From NCBI GenBank assembly GCA_963797555.1, contig CAWCPV010000009.1:160001-224000 (forward strand): 64,000 bases of DNA. The letters are read 5' to 3'. Below the pieces are notes generated by a model. It worked only from the letters and a program-made list of their open reading frames with translations. It ran no database searches and was not told the DNA's origin. The position numbers and the translations under genes were made by a program. How positions within the stretch are numbered: the stretch's first letter is position 1; every line of letters begins with the position of its first letter. Positions 51,961 to 62,031 of this stretch are shown one piece after another. The DNA is from an uncultured Gammaproteobacteria bacterium. GTDB taxonomy: Bacteria > Pseudomonadota > Gammaproteobacteria > CAWCPV01.

Positions 51961-52584
51961 ATGGGTCAAATATTGATTGCGACCTGCCTTGCGACAATCC
52001 TTTTCGTGGGCCAGCAGGCGATTGCGGCTGACCAGGCACAGAAGGCGGACGCTGCTGAGAGCAAGGCGAAGGTACTGGAACAGAACGCAGCGGCCGGGGG
52101 CAGCAAGGCACACCCTTCTAAGTCCGAGATCATCACCAAACCTGAATCGCAGGCGGTCGACCCTGTCGGCAAAGAGCCCTTGGATGAAGCAATCACCTGT
52201 CTTTCACGCACCATCTATTGGGAGACCAAGGGCGAGGATGCCGCCAGCATGGAAGCAGTCGCCAATGTTGTTATGAACCGGCTAGGACATAAGGGCTTTC
52301 CAAACACGATTTGTGAAGTTGTCAGGCAAGGCCACGAGCAGGGCGCCTGCCAGTTCTCCTGGTGGTGCGATGGCCGTTCAGATGACGCAGAGGATGAAAA
52401 ATCCTACGCGATAGCCAAGGAAATAGCTCGAAAAGCGCTCAATCGACAACTAAAAGACCGAACCGGTGGTGCAATGTATTTTCACAACAGGAAAGCAACC
52501 CCCAGTTGGTCCGCGGAATACATCAAGACAGTCGAGGTCGGCGAGTTTGTCTTCTACAAGCCTCACGGAGGCGCGGCAAAATAG
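51961..52584 (+). CDS. SleB-like cell-wall hydrolase
   Basis: Signal peptide; CLSRTIYWETKGE, VANVVMNR, FPNTICEVV, CQFSWWCDG; own RBS AGGAGG. Confidence 0.88.
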   Translation: MGQILIATCLATILFVGQQAIAADQAQKADAAESKAKVLEQNAAAGGSKAHPSKSEIITKPESQAVDPVGKEPLDEAITCLSRTIYWETKGEDAASMEAVANVVMNRLGHKGFPNTICEVVRQGHEQGACQFSWWCDGRSDDAEDEKSYAIAKEIARKALNRQLKDRTGGAMYFHNRKATPSWSAEYIKTVEVGEFVFYKPHGGAAK

Positions 52585-52741
52585 GCCCAACGCATTCTGC
52601 CCGGCTTCGTCTGCATTCTATAAACCCATGGGGTCAGACCATGCTTGACGAGTTAAAGGGGCCAGGGTCGAATTACTTGCTCTTATACAAGGTCGTACGG
52701 CAAGTCTTCCGCTCAGCGCCGCTATGAGAGGAGAACCGTAA

Positions 52742-53188
52742 ATGTCTACAGGTACTGTGCGATTGCATCGTGTGCTCCGTGCGCCTCCGGAGCGTGTATA
52801 TCGGGCGTTCCTAGATGCCGACGCAATGGCAAAGTGGATACCGCCATACGGTTTCACCTGCAAGGTTCACCACATGGATGCCAAGGTCGGTGGCACTTTT
52901 AGGATGTCGTTCACGAATTTCACCACCGGGAACGGTCACTCCTTCGGTGGCGAGTATCTCGAACTTGTTCCTCACGAGCGAATTCGCTACACGGACAAAT
53001 TCGACGACCCGAACTTACCCGGGGAGATACAGGTGACGGTAGTCTTGACGAAGGTGTCCTGCGGCACTGAGATCAACATCGTGCAAGAAGGGCTGCCCGA
53101 AGTTATTCCCCTCGAGATGTGCTACCTCGGGTGGCAGGAGTCCCTTGCGCAACTCGCAACACTCGTCGAGCCCGAGATTCCAGGCTAG
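52742..53188 (+). CDS. SRPBCC/AHSA1-family protein
   Basis: LHRVLRAPPERVYRAFLD...GGEYLELVPHERIRYTD...GWQESLAQLA. Confidence 0.9.
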   Translation: MSTGTVRLHRVLRAPPERVYRAFLDADAMAKWIPPYGFTCKVHHMDAKVGGTFRMSFTNFTTGNGHSFGGEYLELVPHERIRYTDKFDDPNLPGEIQVTVVLTKVSCGTEINIVQEGLPEVIPLEMCYLGWQESLAQLATLVEPEIPG

Positions 53189-53197
53189 CACCGTGAC

Positions 53198-53415
53198 GCC
53201 GAACCCCTCCATCAAACGGACCGGCTTACGGCGACACCCTTATACACAAATCAGCATCCTGCCGTCATTCCGGCATGGATTGCCGGAATCCAGGAGCCAG
53301 GAAGGCACTCCGACCACCACATCCCTGTGTTCTGGGTTCCGCCATTCCCTGGCGGAACGACGAGATGTGTATAACGGCATGGCCTACGGCCCGTCGCTTA
53401 CGTCGAACGTTGGGC
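53198..53415 (+). other. attC-like site interrupted by a MITE
   Basis: Without the insert: GCCGAACCCCTCCATCAAACGGACCGGCYTACGGCCCGTCGCTTACGTCGAACGTTGGGC. Confidence 0.65.
53233..53381. mobile_element. 149-bp IS4/IS50-type MITE with internal REP-like hairpins
   Basis: Ends TTATACACA / TGTGTATAA; 9-bp near-TSD GCTTACGGC / GCCTACGGC; right end AGATGTGTATAACGGCATG resembles the IS4 end AGTTGTGTGTAATGGGATG. Confidence 0.65.
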
Positions 53416-53525
53416 GACAAGAGTCACCGATCAAAGCGCTCACGAATACACTCGAAAGGAGAGCTAACCGGTCATGGCGACTCTCGCCGCCCCGGACAAT
53501 GAAAGCGCGCACGCCATGACCGGTT

Positions 53526-53650
53526 CCCTCACCTCTAGCCCTCTCCCGCGCCTCACCCCCGGCCCCTCTCCACAGTCGTGGAGAGGGGTGCGATCGCTCC
53601 CTTCCCCACTTGGTGGGGAAGGGTCGGGGAAGGGGCCGGGCGAGGGGGAG
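53526..53650. repeat. CCCTCACC/CCCTCTCC...GGAGAGGG palindromic repeat
   Basis: CCCCTCTCCAC/GTGGAGAGGGG and CCCTTCCCCAC/GTGGGGAAGGG hairpins. Confidence 0.6.
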
Positions 53651-53653
53651 TTT

Positions 53654-53960
53654 GTGGCGCCTTCGGCGCACTTTCACGTCAAAATCTCTGCGCGGGCTCT
53701 CCGCCCAGATCGAGGCGGTTGCCGCGTGGTGGGCGAAGAACCGGCCTTCTGCACCCGACGCGGTGCGTCGCTATGTCATCGAGATTCTGGCTCTGCTCTG
53801 TGTTCCGCCTGGGGCCGGCGCGACACAGTCGTGTGCGAGGGGGTGCGTCGCGGTTCTGCCGCGGATTCGGTACTACCTCTGCCATCGCGTGTCGGGCAGT
53901 GCTCCGGAAGTGATCGCCTTCCGGCACAGGAGTCGAAGTCGACAACCGTCCGGGTTCTGA
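53654..53960 (+). pseudogene. Degenerate ParE/RelE toxin gene
   Basis: HVKISARA / QIEAVAAWWAKNRPSAP...LPRIRYYLCHRV...EVIAFRHRSR across frameshifts. Confidence 0.6.
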
Positions 53961-53970
53961 ATGGAGCCCC

Positions 53971-54065
53971 GCCGAACCCCGCGCTCAAGCGGACGCGGCG
54001 AGAAGCGGTGCCCCTCTCTACTGGCGTGGTGCCGGTGGGCTGCTTCGTGCGAACGCCGGTTGGGC
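53971..54065 (+). other. Degenerate attC-like site
   Basis: GCCGAACCCCGCGCTCAAGCGGACGCGG...GTTGGGC directly after the toxin stop. Confidence 0.5.
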
Positions 54066-54443
54066 CGTGAAAAACCACGTCCCGTGGCGTACCCCGGACA
54101 TTCCTTGTCGGTCCAGACGACACCCTGTACCAGTAACCTTGCACCGGGTGTCCCGATCCGACCCGAGCGATGGCAGGCGCTGCGAATCGGTCGCAAACGT
54201 GAAATGATCTGCCAGGCACGCAACGACTCGGGAGTCACATCGGATGATCAGGTACTTCTTCGCGGTGCTCACCCGCAACTGGCCGACTATGGCAGGCGCC
54301 TCGGTCGCGGCCGTCGGGTCAGAGTCTGGATCAGAGTCGATTTATTCATACGGGGCGGGTGGTAAGGCAGGATTCATCCGGCCTGGGCGGGACAAGTCCC
54401 GCCCTTCGGATTCTTTTTCACAACCTCTCAGGCGAGGGATGCG

Positions 54444-55454
54444 ATGAGCGTGACAGTCCGCGTCCGGTCCAGCGGCCACGAGCTGTCGGTCGAAGAGGGC
54501 GAGACCATCCTCGACGCCGCCCTTCGGCACGGGCTTGCCTTTCCCTACGGCTGCCGCAACGGCCAGTGCGGCTCCTGCAAGGGAAAAGTCCTCGAGGGTG
54601 CGTTCGAGTACGTGGCGGAGCCCAAGGCGCTGAGTGACATGGAGCGGTCCCGGGGCTACGCGCTGTTTTGCCGCGCGCGGCCGCTGCAGGACCTCGTGAT
54701 CGAGGTCCGCGAGATCGGCAGGGCGGGAGACATCGTGGTGCGCACCCTGCCGTGCCGCGTGATCAGGATGGAGCATCTGGCCCCCGACGTGATGGGGCTG
54801 TGGCTGAAGCTGCCGGCGACCGAGCGCCTGCAGTACCTCGCCGGCCAGTACATCGACGTGTTGCTGCGCGATGGGCGGCGGCGCAGCTACTCCATGGCCA
54901 ACGCCCCTCATCACGACGAGTTGCTGGAGCTGCACTTGCGCTACGTTCCGGGGGGTGCTTTCACCGGGCATGTGTTCCACGACATGAAGGAGAAGGCCAT
55001 CCTGCGCATCGAGGGTCCACTCGGCAGCTTCTATCTGCGAGAAGACTCGGAGCGGCCCATGATCTTCGTGGCCGGCGGTACCGGCTTCGCGCCCATCAAG
55101 GCCATGCTGGAGCACGCCTTGGCCGCCGCCATCACCCGCCCCATGCACCTCTACTGGGGGGTGCGGGCGCGCCGCGACCTCTACCTGGACACGGTGCCGG
55201 GCGCCTGGGCGGAGGAGCACAGCCACTTCACCTATTCCCCGGTGCTGTCGGAGCCGCTCCCCGAGGACCGCTGGGGAGGGCGGACGGGGTTCGTCCACGA
55301 AGCGGTGGCCGCCGACTACCCCGACCTGAGCGGCCACGAGGTCTACGTCAGCGGCCCCCCGGTGATGGTGGACGCCGCCCGCGCGGCGTTCGTGGCCCGC
55401 GGTCTGGACCTGGATCATTTCTACTCGGACGCCTTCGTCTACGCCGCGGATTAG
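54444..55454 (+). CDS. 2Fe-2S/FAD/NAD oxidoreductase (CDP-6-deoxy-delta-3,4-glucoseen reductase family)
   Basis: YGCRNGQCGSCK, RRSYSMAN, AGGTGFAP, SGPPVMV. Confidence 0.88.
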   Translation: MSVTVRVRSSGHELSVEEGETILDAALRHGLAFPYGCRNGQCGSCKGKVLEGAFEYVAEPKALSDMERSRGYALFCRARPLQDLVIEVREIGRAGDIVVRTLPCRVIRMEHLAPDVMGLWLKLPATERLQYLAGQYIDVLLRDGRRRSYSMANAPHHDELLELHLRYVPGGAFTGHVFHDMKEKAILRIEGPLGSFYLREDSERPMIFVAGGTGFAPIKAMLEHALAAAITRPMHLYWGVRARRDLYLDTVPGAWAEEHSHFTYSPVLSEPLPEDRWGGRTGFVHEAVAADYPDLSGHEVYVSGPPVMVDAARAAFVARGLDLDHFYSDAFVYAAD

Positions 55455-55689
55455 CGCTCGACAACCGGGGCATTCCCTGGCCTCCCGCTCCAGCCCAATA
55501 CAGCTCTGGGTCGTGGCAGTACCGCACATACACCCATGCCGCGCCCTCCCTGACCATCTCCGTGTTCATGTAGGCCGCGGTAGTACACGCGGCCCAGCAT
55601 GCCGCCGGCTCGCTCGCTAGGGGGGTCCTTTACCCCCCCAGGCCCGAAGAAGCGGCCCTCAGGCCGCTTCTCTGGCAACCAATCCGAGG

Positions 55690-55900
55690 CTAACTAACCT
55701 CCCAAGCCGCATTCCAGGAGCGGCCGGGGCTTGATGTGTCGAGGCTCATAGTCCGACAAGTCCTTGTCGCCGAAGGCGAACACGTAGAACTGGTTCGGGT
55801 TGGGGACGGTCCTGCCAGTAGACCAGGTGGATCGGCAATGGTGCCGAGGGAGTCGTTGTCATTAGCCAGGTAAAGGGTGTGTTTCGTTACGCCGTCGATG
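55690..55900 (-). pseudogene. C-terminal remnant of an exported hydrolase-like gene
   Basis: TKHTLYLANDND...PNQFYVFAF fragments in shifting frames. Confidence 0.35.
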
Positions 55901-58678
55901 ATCGCCTCCAACACCGTCGGCCGCGTCACCAACAAGGTCATGGAAGGTCTCGCCATCACCCGGCGCAATCCTCGGCAATCCGTCCAGGTCAATCCCGACA
56001 GGCGATACCCGCCACGTATCCTCACAGTACTCACGAATCGTGCGGTCGGATGAGAACTTTCCCGATCGCGCGCTGTTGAGGACCGACATGCGCGTCCAGC
56101 GCTCCCTGTCGCGGTAGACCAGCCCGACCCGGTCCTGACAATCACGGTAAGACGCGTAATCTGCCAGCACCAGGTAGGGATCGGCATAGAGCAGATTGTC
56201 CACGATCGGGCGAAACAGGTCCGCATCGCCGTGTGTAAAGAACCCACTGCGGATCAAGTCGAGCGATTCGCGCAACTCCGCGTTCTCGCGGTAGTGCTGC
56301 TGGGGGCGATAACCGTTCGCCTTCGCGGCTTGCACCTGCTGCGCGGTCAGGCCGAACAGGAAGAAATTCTCCGCTCCCACCTCTTCGCAGATCTCGATGT
56401 TGGCCCCGTCGAGGGTGCCGATGGTGAGAGCGCCGTTCATCGTGAACTTCATGTTGCCGGTGCCGGAGGCTTCCTTGCCGGCGGTGGAAATCTGCTCGGA
56501 CAGCTCGGCGGCCGGGTATATGCGCTGCGCCTGGCCGACGTTGAAGTTCGGCAGAAACACCACGCGCAAACGGTCGCGCACGGCGCGGTCGCGATTGACC
56601 GTCTGAGCCACGGCGTTGATGAGCTTGATGATGAGCTTGGCCATCCGATATCCCGGCGCGGCCTTGCCGGCGAAAAAGAAAGTGCGCGGCTGCACATCGA
56701 GACCGGGATCGGTCCTAAGCCGGTGGTAGAGGCTGATGACGTGCAGGATGTTGAGGTGCTGGCGCTTGTACTCGTGAATCCGCTTGATCTGCACGTCGAA
56801 CAGCGAGTCCGGATCCACGCCGATGCCAGTCTGGCGGCGCACGAACGTGGCGAAGTCATGTTTCGTCGCGCGTTTCACGCTCCGCCAGCGGGCGCGGAAC
56901 GCCGCGTCGTCGGCCAGGGGCTCGAGCGCGCGCAATCGATCGAGGTCGGTCACCCATTGTTCCCCGATCGCCTCGCGAATCAGTTTCGTCAGGCGCGGAT
57001 TGCTGAGCACCATCCAGCGGCGCGGCGTGACGCCGTTGGTCTTGTTGCTGAACTTGTGCGGCCAGAGCTCGAAAAAGTCCCTGAGCACGTCCTGCTTCAG
57101 CAACCCGGTGTGCAAGGCGGCGACGCCGTTGACGGCGTGGCTGCCCACACAGGCGAGGTGGGCCATCCGCACGTAGCCCTCGCCCTGCTCGTCTATGAGC
57201 GACAGGTTCGCAACCCGCTCGTCGTCGTTCGACAAACGTCGGCGCACCTCATCGAGGTGACGGTGGTTGATCTCGTAGATGATTTCCAGGTGACGAGGCA
57301 ACAGTGCCCCGAACAGACCGAGCGGCCAGCGCTCCAGGGCTTCGGGCAGCAGCGTGTGGTTGGTGTAGGCGAAGGTGCGCTCGGTGATGGACCACGCCTG
57401 CTCCCACGGCAGGCCGCCTTCGTCCACCAGCAGGCGCATCAGCTCGGCGACGGCGATCGCCGGGTGCGTGTCGTTGAGCTGGACCGTGAACTTCTCGTGG
57501 AAGCGCTCTAGCGGGATGCGTTGCACGCGCATGATCCGCAGCATGTCCCGCAGCGAGCACGATACGAAGAAATATTGCTGCTCCAGCCGTAACTGCTTGC
57601 CCTGCAACGGCTCGTCGTTCGGGTAGAGCACCTTGGTGAGGGTCTCGGAAGCCACCTTCTGCTCGACCGCGCGATAATAGTCCCCGCGGTTGAACTCCGC
57701 GAAGTTGAAGGACTCGGGCGCCTCGGCGCTCCACAGCCGCAACGTATTGGCCGTATTCGTGCGGTAGCCGAGGATAGACGTGTCATAGGGAATACCGAGC
57801 ACGGTTCGCTCCGGCACCCAGCGCACGTGGCTGCGCCCGTGGACGTCCGTGTAGCGCTCCGTGCGTCCGCCGAACTTCACCTCGACCGCCCATTCCGGGC
57901 GCGCGATCTCCCAGGGATTCCCGAAGCGCAGCCACTTGTCGGTCTTCTCGACCTGCCAGCCGTCCACGATCGTTTGTTCGAAAATCCCGAATTCGTAGCG
58001 GATGCCGTAGCCGAGGGTTGGCACATGAAGTGTGGCGAGCGAGTCGAGAAAGCACGCCGCCAACCGACCGAGGCCACCGTTGCCGAGGCCGGGCTCCGGC
58101 TCCTCCTGCAACAGCTCCTCCAGCACCAGTCCGAACTCGGCCATCGCCTGGCGGACAGTGTCGTGTACGCCGAGGTTGACCAGGTTATTGCCGAGGTGCG
58201 GCCCCATCAGGAACTCGGCCGACAGGTAGGCGACGGTGCGTGAGCCCTGCGCCGTGTAAGTATTGGCCGTGCTTACCCAACGTTTGAGCACCTGATCGCG
58301 CACCGTGTAGGCGAGCGCGAGATAGAAGTCGTGGCGGGTCGCGAGCGCCGGAAACTTGCCCAGAACGTGAAACAGATTGTGGAGGAAGGCGCGCTTGATC
58401 GCGTCCTTGCCGAAGCCCCAACCGGGGCTGACCTCATGGGAGGGCGAACGAGCGAAGCGCGTAGGGATTCCGCCATGCCTCGGCTCGATCCGGTCGCCGA
58501 ATGGATTGCACACACTTCCCACCGCGGGATGCGCGGCGGATGCGGCTACCCACGGCTGGTTGTCACTGTGACCCACGTCGGTTTCTCCGCATCCGCTGTG
58601 CGCGGTCCCACCGTCGGGTGCTGCCCACAGCGTTCCACCATCCGGGCGACAACGGTCGCGTCTGGTCGGCACTCCCAC
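55862..58678 (-). CDS. glgP: Glycogen/starch phosphorylase (true start probably downstream of 58678)
   Basis: GLGNGGLGRLAACF, QLNDTHP, IKRIHEYKRQ, EASGTGNMKF, FSSDRTI. Confidence 0.96.
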   Translation of the reverse strand: MGVPTRRDRCRPDGGTLWAAPDGGTAHSGCGETDVGHSDNQPWVAASAAHPAVGSVCNPFGDRIEPRHGGIPTRFARSPSHEVSPGWGFGKDAIKRAFLHNLFHVLGKFPALATRHDFYLALAYTVRDQVLKRWVSTANTYTAQGSRTVAYLSAEFLMGPHLGNNLVNLGVHDTVRQAMAEFGLVLEELLQEEPEPGLGNGGLGRLAACFLDSLATLHVPTLGYGIRYEFGIFEQTIVDGWQVEKTDKWLRFGNPWEIARPEWAVEVKFGGRTERYTDVHGRSHVRWVPERTVLGIPYDTSILGYRTNTANTLRLWSAEAPESFNFAEFNRGDYYRAVEQKVASETLTKVLYPNDEPLQGKQLRLEQQYFFVSCSLRDMLRIMRVQRIPLERFHEKFTVQLNDTHPAIAVAELMRLLVDEGGLPWEQAWSITERTFAYTNHTLLPEALERWPLGLFGALLPRHLEIIYEINHRHLDEVRRRLSNDDERVANLSLIDEQGEGYVRMAHLACVGSHAVNGVAALHTGLLKQDVLRDFFELWPHKFSNKTNGVTPRRWMVLSNPRLTKLIREAIGEQWVTDLDRLRALEPLADDAAFRARWRSVKRATKHDFATFVRRQTGIGVDPDSLFDVQIKRIHEYKRQHLNILHVISLYHRLRTDPGLDVQPRTFFFAGKAAPGYRMAKLIIKLINAVAQTVNRDRAVRDRLRVVFLPNFNVGQAQRIYPAAELSEQISTAGKEASGTGNMKFTMNGALTIGTLDGANIEICEEVGAENFFLFGLTAQQVQAAKANGYRPQQHYRENAELRESLDLIRSGFFTHGDADLFRPIVDNLLYADPYLVLADYASYRDCQDRVGLVYRDRERWTRMSVLNSARSGKFSSDRTIREYCEDTWRVSPVGIDLDGLPRIAPGDGETFHDLVGDAADGVGGDHRRRNETHPLPG

Positions 58679-59064
58679 GCGTCGCGGCCTGCACCGTTCT
58701 TTCGTCCGCCCGGTAATGGTGCTTCATCATCCGCCGTCGATCACCCAATTCGTAGACCGGCGAAATACCGGTCGGGGCGTTGGGTTCCACGATCGCCTCG
58801 TCTCAAATGTCATGGAGCTGCTTCACGAACGCACGCAGACTGATCCGCCGCCCGGCGCGACGCTGCGACTGTAGGGCCTTCGGTCCAACCGTCACGGACA
58901 CGCACCAGCGTGTCGTCGAGCGATTCGCTATCCGGCGGCCGCTCGGCAGGCAGCCGCTGCTAACGCTCGTCGAAACGCGGGTGCTGCGGGGTCGTTCGCA
59001 TCGAGCGGCGGAGGCCACACCCGGTCTCCCTTCTCCACTCGTGGGCCTGATCGGCGGCCGGCAC

Positions 59065-59200
59065 TTCGCGCTGGTCTCGGCCTTGTTGAGGCCCTGCAAG
59101 GCACGGTAGTGGCGCTCGTTCAGCCGCCAGTCCTTCACGACCGGCAACCACTGGCAGTCGATCGTGTGCTGCACGATCCAGAGCGGGCGAATCGCGCGGC
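59065..59200 (-). pseudogene. gpmA: Internal fragment of 2,3-BPG-dependent phosphoglycerate mutase
   Basis: RAIRPLWIV...[26 protein letters not shown]. Confidence 0.75.
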
Positions 59201-60020
59201 GCAACAAAGGCAATGTCGAACTGAAAACCGTTGTCGCGCAGACGCGTACGGGCGTCGCGCCTCTCCTAGCAACCCTTCGGCGAGAGATCCACATCGGTCC
59301 AGCCAGTGAACCGGTCTTCCCGGTTCGAAGTGCTCTCGCAGTGGCGTAGCAAAACGAGCTTCAACAAGGCTATCCCCGTCTATCGCCGTGCGGTCGACCC
59401 GACTGGGCCGATGCGCGTTGTGACACATGTCTGTTCGTACCGTAGGCAATAAGCAGCAAGAACTGCACCACTGCCGCCTGCCACACATAAGTGGGCGCCG
59501 CTATTCAAAATCTCTCGTCACCGGCGTTTCCGGTCGCGTTTGCTCGGCACTTTCTTGGTGCAACCAACACGCGTCGCGCTCCTCCGTCGTGCAGCCCCGG
59601 CACACGCGCTCGAATGACCCAAGTATTCCGAGAGATTCCCCGCAGCTCGTGCCAGTGGTCCCGCTCAGGCGCGAAGTGGACGTAGCGCTTCGAGCGAGCG
59701 AACGTCCCCGGTTGGACAAGGGGGCAGGCTGTGAACGGCTCAGACTCCTCGGAAATGCCCGCTCCCGGCGCCCGGACTCCCCGCCTTGACTACGGACCGG
59801 ACCTATTGGCGCGAGTGGCCACAAGCGAGGTGAGAAGCGTACAACCGGCGGGCGATCTGCGGCCCCAGGACCTCGCCTTGCGGTATCTCCGGAGGGCGCG
59901 CCCGAAGGCCCCGCGCACAGGGGGCCCGTTTCCCGGCCGCAGCCCCCCTGTTACCATACGCGGGTAGGTTCAGGGCGGTCGGAACCGCCCAGACCGCTAG
60001 GCAGGGACGAAGTCGACAAG

Positions 60021-60740
60021 ATGTCGAGCAGTTCGCGTTGGTTGTTGTTGGCGGGCCTGGCGTGCCTCGGCGGGTGCGGCGGCTCCGATGAGGTGTACAA
60101 GCGCGAGACCTTCGCGCTGGATAGCCCCTTTCAGCTACCCACCACGGTACCGGCAGGCATCGCCTGCGAGAGCGCGCGGCGGGCGCTGCTCGGCCAGGGC
60201 TACGTGATCGAGTCCGCCAATGCCGGCGCCGTCAAGGGGAAGAAGGCATTCCGCGGCTCGGGTGACGAGACCACCGTCCTCGAGATGAACATCGTGTGCA
60301 TCGACAGGGGGGCGGCGTCGACCGTCTTTGCCAATGCCATCGAGACGATCTACACGGTCAAGAAGAGTGCACAGTCTGCCAGCGTGGGCGTTCCGATATT
60401 CGGCTCCCTTTCCGTGCCCCTGAGCGGCAGCAGCGATTCCATGGTGAAAGTCGGCGACGCAACCGTCAACGACAAGGCATTTTATCAGCGCTTCTTCGCG
60501 GTCGTGGACTACTACCTCGCGCAGCTTGCGGAGACCCGAGAGCCGCCGCCGAAGTCCTCCGCGCCGCAGCCCTCGACCGAGCCGCAGGCCCCGAAGCCAT
60601 CGGTGGTGCCGCCCGCGGCCCAGCCCCCTGCGCGCCCGCAGCCTGCCACGCCAGCAGGCAAGCCCGAGCCCGTGTCCCCGCAGGCACCGGGCGGCGAACC
60701 CCCGGCGTCCGCACCGGCGCGCAAGCTCGTCCCGATCTGA
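60021..60740 (+). CDS. DUF2242-like lipoprotein with Pro-rich tail
   Basis: LGGC lipobox; ACESARRALLGQGY, SASVGV, FYQRFF. Confidence 0.75.
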   Translation: MSSSSRWLLLAGLACLGGCGGSDEVYKRETFALDSPFQLPTTVPAGIACESARRALLGQGYVIESANAGAVKGKKAFRGSGDETTVLEMNIVCIDRGAASTVFANAIETIYTVKKSAQSASVGVPIFGSLSVPLSGSSDSMVKVGDATVNDKAFYQRFFAVVDYYLAQLAETREPPPKSSAPQPSTEPQAPKPSVVPPAAQPPARPQPATPAGKPEPVSPQAPGGEPPASAPARKLVPI

Positions 60741-61391
60741 AGGCGGGCGCCGCACCGCCACCGGGCCGGCACGGAGCAGCAACGGTAGCCCGGATGCAGC
60801 AGCGCGGAATCCGGGACAACGCACGACAGTCGATGAACGCCGCGACGGGGTTCGCGAGCCGCTCATCCGGTTCCCTTGGCCGTGAGCGAAACGCCACGTG
60901 CGCGTCCGCGTGAGCAACCCGTCTCTTCGACGATGATGCCGAACGGCCGGTCGCGTTGGGCCAGGGGCAATACCCGCAGCAGCCCAAGGTGCCGGACCAA
61001 CAGACCGGTGCCGCTGGATGCCTACGGCTGGATCGGCATCCCAACCGCCTATGGGCTCCTGCTCGACTCCGAGGAAGAGGGAATGACGAGGAGGGCGGCA
61101 GCCGCCGCAAGAGGCTCTGGCCCCACCTTGACCGGACGAAGTGCTGGCGCGCCTGTCGGTCTGAACGCCCGGCGTGGCGAGGAAGAGCACGTGTCGGGCC
61201 TCGCCATTCAGACCCGGACCGGCCGGTCCGGGAGCACTGGCCCCGGACGAAAGCGGCTCGAACCGAGGCGGGTTCCGCGGGTGGGCCGTTCGCGGGGCCG
61301 CAGGGCCCACAGGCGGGTGACCCCTCATGGACTTGCCCCGTCCAGTGCGCCCAGGTATGTAATACCGCATTACATCGATAGGGAGGCTGTC

Positions 61392-61631
61392 ATGGCGCTG
61401 TCGGTCAGGCTGGACCCAATTCTGGGGGCACAGATCGCTCAGGAGGCGAAACGGCTCGGCATCACCAAGTCCGAGTTCATCACGGACACGCTGGCGCGCG
61501 CGCTGGGGTTCAAGAGCCCCGCCGAACTGCTCGAGGAGGTGAGAAGCGGAACGCCGATGGGCGACCCGCACGCCTCCGAAAACGTATCGCAAAAGGTGCG
61601 GGCAAAGCTGCGTGCGAAGCGTCCTGCTTGA
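61392..61631 (+). CDS. Ribbon-helix-helix antitoxin
   Basis: MALSVRLDP...AKRLGITKSEFI; overlaps the PIN gene. Confidence 0.8.
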   Translation: MALSVRLDPILGAQIAQEAKRLGITKSEFITDTLARALGFKSPAELLEEVRSGTPMGDPHASENVSQKVRAKLRAKRPA

Positions 61632-62031
61632 TGCCGGGGCACGGATCGCCCTGTTCGCGGTAGACGACCGACACCACACGCACTTCGACCGCCTGGTCAC
61701 CGAGCTTACAGGGGCAGGGCTGCGGCTGCTGACCACTTGGCCCTGCGTGGTCGAGGCCTGTCACCTGCTCGGTGTGCCGCCGCGCTTCGAGCTGCTGCTC
61801 TGGATAGAGCCGCGCGGTGCGCTGGTGTATACCTTCGAGCCTCATCATCTGGCCGATATGGTCCGCTGGATGCAGCGCTACACGGAGCCGGGCAAACGGG
61901 AGATGGACCTCGCCGATGCGTCGCTCTGCTGGCTGGCGGCCGAGACCGGGATTACGGACATCATGACCGTGGACGCCGCCGACTTCTCGCGCTACCGACT
62001 GCCTGATGGGCGGGCATTCGTGCTCCTGTGA
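61612..62031 (+). CDS. vapC: PIN-domain (VapC-like) toxin
   Basis: VLLDAG, CVVEACHLL, MDLADASL, TVDAADFSRYR. Confidence 0.85.
   Translation: MRSVLLDAGARIALFAVDDRHHTHFDRLVTELTGAGLRLLTTWPCVVEACHLLGVPPRFELLLWIEPRGALVYTFEPHHLADMVRWMQRYTEPGKREMDLADASLCWLAAETGITDIMTVDAADFSRYRLPDGRAFVLL

Noticed and set aside
53363-53374. Nextera/Tn5 adapter contamination (AGATGTGTATAA)
   Set aside because: Only 12 of 19 bases match; it has an inverted partner and a near-perfect 9-bp TSD, which fits a natural MITE
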